A stretch of DNA of 9,289 nucleotides from a virus (Duplodnaviria > Heunggongvirae > Uroviricota > Caudoviricetes). Shown here piece by piece: positions 1 through 6,397 of this stretch. The notes under the pieces were generated by a model. That model was given only the letters and a program-made list of their open reading frames with translations, was not told the origin of the DNA and searched no databases. The stretch lies in IMG/VR virus record IMGVR_UViG_2537561823_000013. One strand, given 5' to 3'. Position 1 is the stretch's first letter. Each line of letters starts with the position of its first letter. The position numbers and the translations under genes are program-made.

Positions 1-1242
1 ATGGCACGAAAAACCACCCCACTAACTATTACGGAGATCAAAAACGCACGACCAGGGGAAAAGGAATATACCCTGCAGGATGGCGGAGGATTATTTCTTC
101 TGGTGAAGCCCTCCGGATCAAAAATCTGGCGTTTTACGTACTACCGTCCGGCAGATAAAAAACGGACTATTATCAGCCTTGGATCGCTAAATGATGTTTC
201 CCTGTCTGATGCCAGAGAGCGACGGAATGAATACAGGTCACTCATAGCAAAGGGAACTGACCCACAGGACTACGAACGCCGGAAACGTGAAGCAGAGAGC
301 AGGAAAAAGGGCAACACGTTCGAAAAAGTTGCCTTGGACTGGTACGAGATGAAAAAAGGCCAGAATCTGGCTTACAACACGATTAAGGATATCTGGCGAT
401 CCCTGGAAAAATACGTATTCCCGTACATCGGAAACACGCCAATAGATCCCCTCACCGCTCGCCGCTTTGTTGAGATACTCACACCCATTAAAGCACGCGG
501 CAACCTGGAAACTCTGAAACGCGTTTTACAACGCATCAATGAAGTGATGGATTTTGCTGCCAACAGTGGGCTGATTGACATCAACACCGCCGCGAACGTC
601 CGCAAGGCATTCCCTTCCCCCACTAAAAAGCATATGCCAACCATCCGACCGGAACAGCTACCGCAGCTAATGCACGATTTATCGGTCGCCAGCATAGAAC
701 GGCAAACCAGATTGCTAATCGAGTGGCAACTGCTGACCGTAGCACGCCCAGCCGAAGCAGCCGCCGCACGCTGGGAAGAAATAGATCTCGATGCCGAAAC
801 ATGGACGATTCCAGCCGGACGCATGAAGATGCGCCGTGACCATGTGATCCCTCTTTGCGGTCAGGCGATGGCTGTACTGGAAACAATGAAGCCAATCAGC
901 GCACACAGGGAACATGTTTTTCCCAGCCTTAAAAATCCAATGCTGCCAATGAGCAGCCAGACCGCTAACGCTGCATTGCGCCGGATGGGATACGCTGGTG
1001 TGCTGGTGTCTCACGGATTACGCGCCATATTCAGTACAGCAGCGAACGAGGAAGGATTCGAGCCGGACGTAATCGAGGCCGCACTCGCACACGTGGACAC
1101 GAACGAGGTAAGGCGAGCATATAACCGAAGTAACTACCTGGAAAAACGTGTAGTACTTATGCGCTGGTGGGGTGAATTTGTGGAAGCCGCAGCAACCGGA
1201 GTGACCATAGCCAGTGGTAAAAGGGGTATCCGTGCGGTGTAA
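1..1242 (+). CDS. int: P4-family tyrosine integrase (site-specific recombinase), apparently complete
   Basis: 413 aa ORF. N-terminal arm-binding region (TLQDGGGLFLLVKPSGSKIWRFTYY, SLSDARERR) is typical of P4-type integrases. C-terminal catalytic region has HGLRA (His-x-x-Arg) and RRAYNRSNYLEKR with the presumed catalytic Tyr. Opposite-strand ORFs inside it were rejected. The att site would lie upstream, outside the window. Confidence 0.9.
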   Translation: MARKTTPLTITEIKNARPGEKEYTLQDGGGLFLLVKPSGSKIWRFTYYRPADKKRTIISLGSLNDVSLSDARERRNEYRSLIAKGTDPQDYERRKREAESRKKGNTFEKVALDWYEMKKGQNLAYNTIKDIWRSLEKYVFPYIGNTPIDPLTARRFVEILTPIKARGNLETLKRVLQRINEVMDFAANSGLIDINTAANVRKAFPSPTKKHMPTIRPEQLPQLMHDLSVASIERQTRLLIEWQLLTVARPAEAAAARWEEIDLDAETWTIPAGRMKMRRDHVIPLCGQAMAVLETMKPISAHREHVFPSLKNPMLPMSSQTANAALRRMGYAGVLVSHGLRAIFSTAANEEGFEPDVIEAALAHVDTNEVRRAYNRSNYLEKRVVLMRWWGEFVEAAATGVTIASGKRGIRAV

Positions 1243-1355
1243 CTGTACAAAAAACCAGTACAACCAGTGCAAACCATGCTAAACCATCGTATAATCGCCT
1301 ATCTCCTCAACAGACAAGGAAAAACCCGACTCATGAGAAATCGAGATTTATTGAA

Positions 1356-1598
1356 ATGGTCTGGCACGAAAAATCATCCAATGTCTGCGGTGAAGGGCTG
1401 CAACTGGCGTTAATGGCAAATCGTGAATTCTGGTCAACATACGATCCGGAAGACAAATCAACAGCCCCCACAAAACACGAGGTAGTCAGTTTTTTACGCT
1501 CGCGTGGCGCATCGAAAAATCTGGCTGAAAGCATCGACAAGGTGCTGAGGCCCACCAGCCTTAAATGTGGTGGGCGACCTAAGAAGTGGAAACGGTAA
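1356..1598 (+). CDS. hypothetical small basic protein (80 aa), ends GGRPKKWKR
   Basis: Open frame followed 6 nt later by a convincing intrinsic terminator. No clear Shine-Dalgarno upstream and no recognisable family, so coding status is uncertain. Confidence 0.3.
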   Translation: MVWHEKSSNVCGEGLQLALMANREFWSTYDPEDKSTAPTKHEVVSFLRSRGASKNLAESIDKVLRPTSLKCGGRPKKWKR

Positions 1599-1603
1599 TC
1601 ACA

Positions 1604-1634
1604 ATAGCGGCCCCTTGCGGTCGCTATTTTTTTG
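1604..1634 (+). terminator. rho-independent terminator (hairpin plus T-run)
   Basis: Stem atagcggcc (1604-1612) pairs with ggtcgctat (1619-1627), including one G-U pair, loop ccttgc, followed by tttttttg (1628-1634). Confidence 0.55.
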
Positions 1635-1666
1635 CAAAAAGAAAGCGTAATCAATGAGATAAAAAA

Positions 1667-1698
1667 CAGTGAGTACCGTTTTAAAACGGTGAGTACTG
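1667..1698 (+). promoter_or_regulatory. candidate operator upstream of alpA: perfect 16-bp palindrome with flanking direct repeats
   Basis: ACCGTTTTAAAACGGT at 1675-1690 is its own reverse complement. GTGAGTAC occurs at 1669-1676 and 1689-1696, embedded in cAGTGAGTAC / cGGTGAGTACtg. It sits between the terminator and the alpA start. Confidence 0.4.
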
Positions 1699-1767
1699 TT
1701 TTTCCCGCCCTGCCCTGTTTTACCGTATTTACCACCGGAATACGCCGGATTAACGAGGTAAAACACG

Positions 1768-1974
1768 ATGGAAGTAATCAGAAAAATTCTTACCCGTCAG
1801 GAAGTAAAAAATATTCTGCGCATCAAGGCAGACAGTTCGCTACAGGACATGATCAACGCCGGAAAATTCCCGAAAGGCTTCAAAATCGGTCTGCGCCGTG
1901 TTGGCTGGTATGAAGATGAGGTGCAGGCCTGGTTGAAAGAACGCGAGGAAGAAGCGCGCGGAACGGCTGCGTAA
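1768..1974 (+). CDS. alpA: AlpA-family (prophage CP4-57-type) HTH transcriptional regulator
   Basis: 68 aa. The motif LTRQEVKNIL...GKFPKGFKIG.RRVGWYEDEVQAWL fits the AlpA/phage_AlpA pattern. SD-like gaggt lies 7 nt before the ATG. Position directly after int is typical for PICI/P4-like islands. Confidence 0.85.
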   Translation: MEVIRKILTRQEVKNILRIKADSSLQDMINAGKFPKGFKIGLRRVGWYEDEVQAWLKEREEEARGTAA

Positions 1975-2463
1975 TGGTGTGAGGTGTAACGCAATGAACA
2001 TAACAAAAAGCGCCCCGTTGCCGGAGCGCCCTTGTGAACAATTAACCTGCTGCGAAAAAAATGGATCAGTGCAGGGGAATTATATCAACTGTGTGAAGAA
2101 GCGCCACTATTGCCGGATAACAGGCAAAGAAAAGGCCACCAGTCACGGTAGCCCTGCGACACAAATTTCGCGTTATCCCCAACGCATGAGCATCGCCAAC
2201 AATGCCACATTTGCGGCTGGTGGGCAATGCAATCAGTCTGGTTCAGTTCGTTGCCATACCTGCAATGAGCGCTTTTCCCTGTACTCTTTAAGGAATTGCT
2301 CAAGGGCAAAAGCACATGGCGCGAATCTTTCTGATTCATGCTCTATCTTTCTGCGTCGTCTTTTCCGTGTCGGTGATAATGTTTTGGTCAATTCTTTATC
2401 GGTCATTGTGTTGTCCTGCATAGCAATGCGCCGTAATACCTTACACCACGGCGCTGGTGATGG

Positions 2464-2769
2464 TCACTCCTGCTCTTTGGCCTTGCGACGCTGGAGTTCT
2501 TCACGCGCGACGGTGATGAGTTGCCCGATCTCCTCGGCTGCTTTGACTCCGATTTTTTCCACCTGCGCCAGTGCATCGAGCGAAGAAACCAGGGGATTTT
2601 CTCCGCTTCCTTCTGCCTGGCGGCGGGCGATCTCACCGCGAACGGCTGTAATCACGAAAGCGGCTATTGTTTCCCCTTCCGTTTTCGAATTTTCCATTTC
2701 CTCGATTACATCATGGGGGAAGCGGATATTTTTCATTTGCGATCTGCTGTTGATATTTCCTGTTGCCAT
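2464..2769 (-). CDS. ribbon-helix-helix (Arc/CopG-like) DNA-binding protein, candidate repressor, divergent from the early operon
   Basis: 101 aa on the minus strand. KNIRFPHDVIEEMEN...ETIAAFVITAVRGEIARR looks like a beta-strand followed by two helices, as in RHH proteins. Non-repetitive, charged composition. SD is weak; an alternative start is the internal Met (MKNIRF...). It lies inside the obviously spurious + strand ORF 1979-3172. Confidence 0.55.
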   Translation of the reverse strand: MATGNINSRSQMKNIRFPHDVIEEMENSKTEGETIAAFVITAVRGEIARRQAEGSGENPLVSSLDALAQVEKIGVKAAEEIGQLITVAREELQRRKAKEQE

Positions 2770-2831
2770 CAGAATGTCCGGTTATTTTGAGGTGTGCATA
2801 CATTACATCAAAAGGTGTGTAAATAAAACAC

Positions 2832-2859
2832 TTGACACTGTAGCGCACTTAAATTTAAT
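2832..2859 (+). promoter_or_regulatory. sigma70-type promoter for the early/replication operon
   Basis: -35 TTGACA (2832-2837), 16-nt spacer, -10 TTTAAT (2854-2859). It is about 100 nt upstream of the first gene of a tightly packed + strand operon. Confidence 0.5.
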
Positions 2860-2860
2860 C

Positions 2861-2893
2861 TGTACACACACCAATGATTGTGGTGTATGTACA
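2861..2893 (+). promoter_or_regulatory. 13-bp inverted repeat (one mismatch) with 7-nt spacer overlapping the predicted transcription start; candidate operator
   Basis: tgtacacacacca (2861-2873) versus tggtgtatgtaca (2881-2893). Reverse complement of the right arm is tgtacatacacca, so there is a single C/T mismatch. It lies immediately 3' of the -10 element. Confidence 0.4.
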
Positions 2894-2965
2894 GCAAAGC
2901 CCCGCAGTGCTGGAACACATGCAGGGCTTCTAACCACCAACGATAGCGAAAGTATCGAGGTAGCT

Positions 2966-3172
2966 ATGAGAAATTATACCAGACACCCGCAAGGGCGGGA
3001 CTCGTACAACCTGAATAAATACATCTGGCGTTTTATCGCCCTGAGCACGGCACAACCGCGCGTGATTACCATTGAGGCCACCAGCGAACAGGAAGCGCGT
3101 CAGCAATCTCCTGATGGCTGCGTGATGGTATTCGCTGCCCGTATTCGCCAGGGGGAAACCTATGCACAATAA
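2966..3172 (+). CDS. small protein, possibly Icd-like (P4 icd-type cell-division interference family); function unverified
   Basis: 68 aa, MRNYTRHPQ...YIWRFIALSTAQPRVITIEATSEQEARQQ...VFAARIRQ. It is only the 3' end of the long spurious ORF 1979-3172. First gene after the promoter. The Icd-like assignment rests on recalled motif similarity (A.SE.EAR and ..FAGR-like), not on a search. Confidence 0.5.
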   Translation: MRNYTRHPQGRDSYNLNKYIWRFIALSTAQPRVITIEATSEQEARQQSPDGCVMVFAARIRQGETYAQ

Positions 3173-3398
3173 AACCACACCGGACGCAGCCGCCGAAGCC
3201 ATCAAAACGCTGATGCACGCGCTGATTGATATTTCTGTTATCGCAGACAAGGCGCATAAGCGCGCCACCAGCGAAACAGAATATGCCGGGGCTTTCGTTC
3301 CTCACTCACTGGCTGTTATGCAACTTAGTGCTGATATGGCGCTGAATGAAGCAGGCAAAATTCTTACCGCAGATATTCAAGGGGCGCACCATGCATGA
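3162..3398 (+). CDS. hypothetical protein (78 aa)
   Basis: ATG 3162 overlaps the upstream stop (3170-3172). SD GGGGGA at 3151-3156. Non-repetitive, helix-rich composition. Confidence 0.6.
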   Translation: MHNKTTPDAAAEAIKTLMHALIDISVIADKAHKRATSETEYAGAFVPHSLAVMQLSADMALNEAGKILTADIQGAHHA

Positions 3399-3618
3399 TG
3401 ACCGTTATTTTAAATCAATGAGCCATGCAGAAAACGCACTGACTAACAGTGAATGTTTGAGGCAAATATTTCTTATCTGGCTTGATGGTTTAAGTGATGC
3501 GCCGGAAGATGAGCGTGAGTCTAATCTTGCTGGTGCGTTTATTTCATTACTCGATACGGTAATCGTCGAATTAAATAAAGCGATCGAAATTCACGATAAA
3601 AAAATAAACGCGGAATAA
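3391..3618 (+). CDS. hypothetical protein (75 aa from ATG 3391; alternative upstream ATG at 3346)
   Basis: ATG 3391 is preceded by aagggg (3378-3383) and overlaps the upstream stop (ATGCATGA). The ORF track's 3346 start has no SD. Confidence 0.55.
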   Translation: MHDDRYFKSMSHAENALTNSECLRQIFLIWLDGLSDAPEDERESNLAGAFISLLDTVIVELNKAIEIHDKKINAE

Positions 3619-3623
3619 AAACC

Positions 3624-3911
3624 ATGAAACAGAAAATTTCTGGCTTTACTGCCAGCGGCCCCGCTCGGCCTGAAATCCGCCCCGGCGATATTTTCCGGGA
3701 TAACTATGGCGGCACGGTAACGATAAAAGGCGTGGCAGAACGGCGCATCACTTACCGCCGTGATGGCTACGAATATGACTGCGTGATGCCTGTTTATCAG
3801 TTCCGGCGTGATTTCACGCTGGTGGGCCATCGTAAAGCCGTAAATCAGAAACGTGCAGCAAGTCATATCCGCAAAATTCGTGAAATGCTGGTCGCAGGGG
3901 GTAAAAAATGA
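3624..3911 (+). CDS. hypothetical protein (95 aa)
   Basis: Open frame in operon context. Its stop overlaps the helicase start (ATGA at 3908-3911). Confidence 0.6.
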   Translation: MKQKISGFTASGPARPEIRPGDIFRDNYGGTVTIKGVAERRITYRRDGYEYDCVMPVYQFRRDFTLVGHRKAVNQKRAASHIRKIREMLVAGGKK

Positions 3912-5314
3912 AACTGGCACCGAACGTAAAACTGTTACCGAAAGATAAACACACTGAGGCGGTTATTTTTGCGGGTGATAATGCTCACTCCTTTGCAGAA
4001 CATTACATGATTGCACAGGCCAAAAAAGCAGGCGATCCCATCCCTCCGGTTTACCTGGGCCGTTATCAGTTAAGCGAACTGGACAACCTGCAGATTGTTG
4101 ATGAGGGGCGATACAGGGTAACGGTGATACGCGCCGGAAATATTGACGAAGCGCAGCTGTTAACCATAGCGACAAAACTGGCGATCGCCGGAGTCCAGGA
4201 AGCGCGGCTGCTTTCTGAAAACTTCGAATTACTGGAGAAATGGACCGACCAGCTTCCACGGCTACGGGAGACATGGGAGAGAGGGGAAAGCCTGATCATG
4301 AATGGAGGAAAACAAAAAATCACGCTACCGATTTCATGGGGTTCTGAGGGATTCGACGCGCAGCAAAGCTACGTAATTAAGGGGCTTATTCCGGCTGAAT
4401 CATTATGCAGCACCTACGGGGCCAGCGGTTCTTATAAATCGTTCCTGGCTATTTCCTGGTCGTGCCATGTTGCCACAGGTATGGCATGGGGAGGCCGCAG
4501 GGTAAGTAAGGGCGCGGTTATCTATATCGCTGGCGAAGGCAGTATGGGCGTAAAACGCCGCGTTAAGGCGTGGGAGATAACCCACGACAAGGTGGTTACG
4601 GATTTGTGCATCGTTAACGCGCCTGTCTTCCCTGCATCGCCTGACTATGTGGAGCAGGTTATCAGGACCGCCGGATTAGTGCAGGACAGAACGGGCGAAA
4701 GGGTGCGGATGATTGTCATTGACACGCTGGCCCGTTGCTTTGGTGGTCATGATGAAAATGACTCCCGCGACATGGGGGCGTTTATCCAGGGGTGTGACGC
4801 GATAAAGCAGGCCACGGGGGCCACGGTTCTGGTTGTGCATCATTCCGGCAAGGATGAGACGAAAGGGGCGCGGGGTTCCAGTGCATTCCGTGCGGCGCTT
4901 GATGCTGAGTTCCGAATCAGTCGGGAACATTCAGAGGCTACGGCGCTGGTTGCAGCATGTACGAAGATGAAGGACGCGGAGGAGCCAAAAGAAAGCGCCT
5001 ACGACCTTAAGAGCGTGGAGGTATTTACGGATCCTGAGGGTGAAGAAATCGTGTCCATGGTGGTGATTGACGTTCCCCGCGCCCCTGCTGAACTGGAGCG
5101 CATAGAGGAGGCCGGGAACAAGACGGAAAATCACACGGCTTTATGGGGTTGTATCCGGTCACGTATACAGCATGGTGATAAATGCACGATCCCGCTGCTA
5201 CGTGATGACATGAAAAAGCTGGGATATGACACAAAACACCTTAAACGATGGTTAGCCAAACTGGAAAAAGACGGCGTGATTTGCGTCGATGGGGATGATG
5301 TTCACCCACTGTAA
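3908..5314 (+). CDS. RepA-type (RecA-fold, AAA_25-like) replicative helicase / replication initiator with C-terminal putative DNA-binding domain
   Basis: 468 aa. P-loop-like TYGASGSYKSF, Walker B RMIVIDTLARCF, and VLVVHHSGKDETKGARGSSAF typical of the RepA/DnaB-like plasmid and satellite helicase family. SD aggggg sits about 9 nt upstream. No zinc-finger or Toprim primase signature was seen in the N-terminal 150 aa. Confidence 0.85.
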   Translation: MKLAPNVKLLPKDKHTEAVIFAGDNAHSFAEHYMIAQAKKAGDPIPPVYLGRYQLSELDNLQIVDEGRYRVTVIRAGNIDEAQLLTIATKLAIAGVQEARLLSENFELLEKWTDQLPRLRETWERGESLIMNGGKQKITLPISWGSEGFDAQQSYVIKGLIPAESLCSTYGASGSYKSFLAISWSCHVATGMAWGGRRVSKGAVIYIAGEGSMGVKRRVKAWEITHDKVVTDLCIVNAPVFPASPDYVEQVIRTAGLVQDRTGERVRMIVIDTLARCFGGHDENDSRDMGAFIQGCDAIKQATGATVLVVHHSGKDETKGARGSSAFRAALDAEFRISREHSEATALVAACTKMKDAEEPKESAYDLKSVEVFTDPEGEEIVSMVVIDVPRAPAELERIEEAGNKTENHTALWGCIRSRIQHGDKCTIPLLRDDMKKLGYDTKHLKRWLAKLEKDGVICVDGDDVHPL

Positions 5315-5514
5315 AAAGTGGGCGTTAAAAGTGGGAATAGTGGGTAATTTAACTGGAATTTAACAAAATCGCCCACTTTCCCACGTGTATACATCCCAAA
5401 AAGTGGGCACTAAAAAAATTCTTATGAAACAGTACGATATAAAACCACAAAATCCCAGGTGGGACGAAGTGGGAAACCATGAAAAGTGGGTAGAAAAAGT
5501 GGGCACAGGTGGGC
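5303..5514. repeat. iteron array with AT-rich spacer; candidate replication origin
   Basis: Core (A)AGTGGG(N) occurs as direct copies starting at 5316, 5329, 5338, 5401, 5457, 5467, 5484, 5497 and 5507. Inverted copies (CCCAC) are at 5303-5310, 5371-5378 and 5379-5384. An AT-rich stretch at 5409-5456 separates the two clusters. The array begins inside the last codons of the helicase gene. Confidence 0.65.
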
Positions 5515-5516
5515 GC

Positions 5517-5768
5517 ATGACCAGAAAAACCAGAGATAAGACAGCACCAAAATATCGCGCATTAGACATGACAGAGCACGCCTTAAAGGTGGCAATCAGA
5601 ACGATAGACCGCCACGCGGGGGAAGGATACGCGAAAGCACATCCCGAACTGATAAGCGCATTCATGACCACGACGGCGGCAAATTTTGCCACGCTGACAG
5701 AGCGGGAGATTGCGGAAGCTGAACAGGTGACAACCATCAACGTTAAAACCGGAGAGCAGACAGCATGA
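5517..5768 (+). CDS. hypothetical protein (83 aa), start trimmed to exclude the iteron-encoded N-terminus
   Basis: The ORF track starts at 5385, but codons 5385-5516 are the iterons themselves (repeated KVG/EVG/KWV). ATG 5517 follows aggtgg. The stop overlaps the ssb start (ATGA at 5765-5768). Coding status is uncertain. Confidence 0.4.
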   Translation: MTRKTRDKTAPKYRALDMTEHALKVAIRTIDRHAGEGYAKAHPELISAFMTTTAANFATLTEREIAEAEQVTTINVKTGEQTA

Positions 5769-6187
5769 CAGCACAGATAGCAGCTTACGGTCGGCTGGTG
5801 GCTGACCCGCAGTTAAAGACCACCAGCAAAGGGACACAAATGGCGATGGCGGGTATGGCGGTTCCCCTGCCGTGCAGCCAGGCAGATGACGGAACGGCGA
5901 CGATGTGGTTATCTGTCCTGGCGTTTGGCAGACAGGCCGACGCACTGGCAAAACACCACAAAGGCGAACTCCTGAGCGTGGCGGGTAACATGCAGGTGAG
6001 CCAGTGGACAGGCCAGAACGGCAAAACGCGGCAGGGCTGGCAGGTTATCGCAGATAGTGTAATCAGTGCCAGAACGGCGCGACCGGGCGGCAAAAAAGGT
6101 CAACAGGGCCAGGCCACTGACGCATTGAACAGGGCAAAACAACAGTCAGGGAATGATGAACCGTACGGCGATAATATACCGTTTTAA
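5765..6187 (+). CDS. ssb: single-stranded DNA-binding protein (SSB family, OB fold) with C-terminal ...DNIPF tip
   Basis: 140 aa. WLSVLAFGRQADALAKHHKGELLSVAGNMQVSQWTGQNGKTRQGWQVIADSV aligns by eye with E. coli SSB [52 protein letters not shown]. The C-terminus DEPYGDNIPF resembles the canonical DDDIPF tip. SD ggagag lies 9 nt upstream. Confidence 0.8.
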   Translation: MTAQIAAYGRLVADPQLKTTSKGTQMAMAGMAVPLPCSQADDGTATMWLSVLAFGRQADALAKHHKGELLSVAGNMQVSQWTGQNGKTRQGWQVIADSVISARTARPGGKKGQQGQATDALNRAKQQSGNDEPYGDNIPF

Positions 6188-6203
6188 ATTCTGCAAACAA
6201 AAA

Positions 6204-6232
6204 ATGCCGGAAAAAAATAGATTTTCCGGCAT
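6204..6232. terminator. strong hairpin at the replication/morphogenesis boundary; possible terminator, better formed for the minus strand
   Basis: atgccgg (6204-6210) pairs with ccggcat (6226-6232), extendable through A/T pairs (ATGCCGGAAAA / TTTTCCGGCAT). A T-rich tract follows only on the minus-strand transcript (tttttgtttg), not on the plus strand. Confidence 0.4.
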
Positions 6233-6397
6233 GCTACATAAATCCCGACCAAAGGAAGTAAATACATTAACACGAATTATCAGCACTGAAGTTGTCACGG
6301 CAGATTTTATACAACATTGCACTTGGTTGCATGTATTCGCATAGCAGACATCGGTAATAGAATATATTCACAATTATTTGTAATGAATGTAAAGAGG

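Noticed and set aside
372-1272. Several minus-strand ORFs inside the integrase gene (372-824, 623-895, 715-1014, 1018-1272)
   Set aside because: They are antisense to a well-supported integrase with conserved catalytic motifs. No SDs, and implausible composition.
1331-1735. 134-aa minus-strand ORF
   Set aside because: It runs antisense across the intrinsic terminator, the palindrome and the small + ORF. Hydrophobic junk-like composition with no SD.
2233-2421. 62-aa basic minus-strand ORF downstream of the RHH gene
   Set aside because: No SD, an RRRRK-rich stretch typical of antisense translation, and it lies within otherwise unassigned DNA. It cannot be supported without conservation evidence, though a small gene here is not excluded.
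1979-3172. 397-aa + strand ORF spanning 1979-3172
   Set aside because: Most of it is Cys/Ser/Arg-rich low-complexity translation that runs antisense through the RHH gene and straight through the promoter and operator region. Only the last 68 codons (2966-3172), which have their own ATG, look coding and are reported separately.
3963-5234. Minus-strand and alternative-frame ORFs inside the helicase gene
   Set aside because: They are antisense or overlapping a strongly supported helicase CDS with Walker motifs. They are short and lack start signals.
5385-5516. N-terminal 44 codons of ORF 5385-5768
   Set aside because: The translation (KVGTKK...WDEVGNHEKWVEKVGTGG) merely reflects the AGTGGG iteron repeats and the AT-rich spacer. 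It is treated as origin DNA, not coding sequence.
6292-6314. TTGT-N15-ACAA dyad upstream of the capsid gene as a possible P2 Ogr/Delta-type late activator site
   Set aside because: P2/P4 late promoters use TGT-N12-ACA. The spacing here does not fit, and the element looks lambda-associated rather than P2-associated. Left as an unexplained dyad.
6317-6397. Upstream extension of the capsid ORF (start at 6317)
   Set aside because: The Shine-Dalgarno (aagagg, 6392-6397) lies inside this extension, and the lambda gpE N-terminus aligns with MSMVD at 6398. The extension is AT-rich leader.
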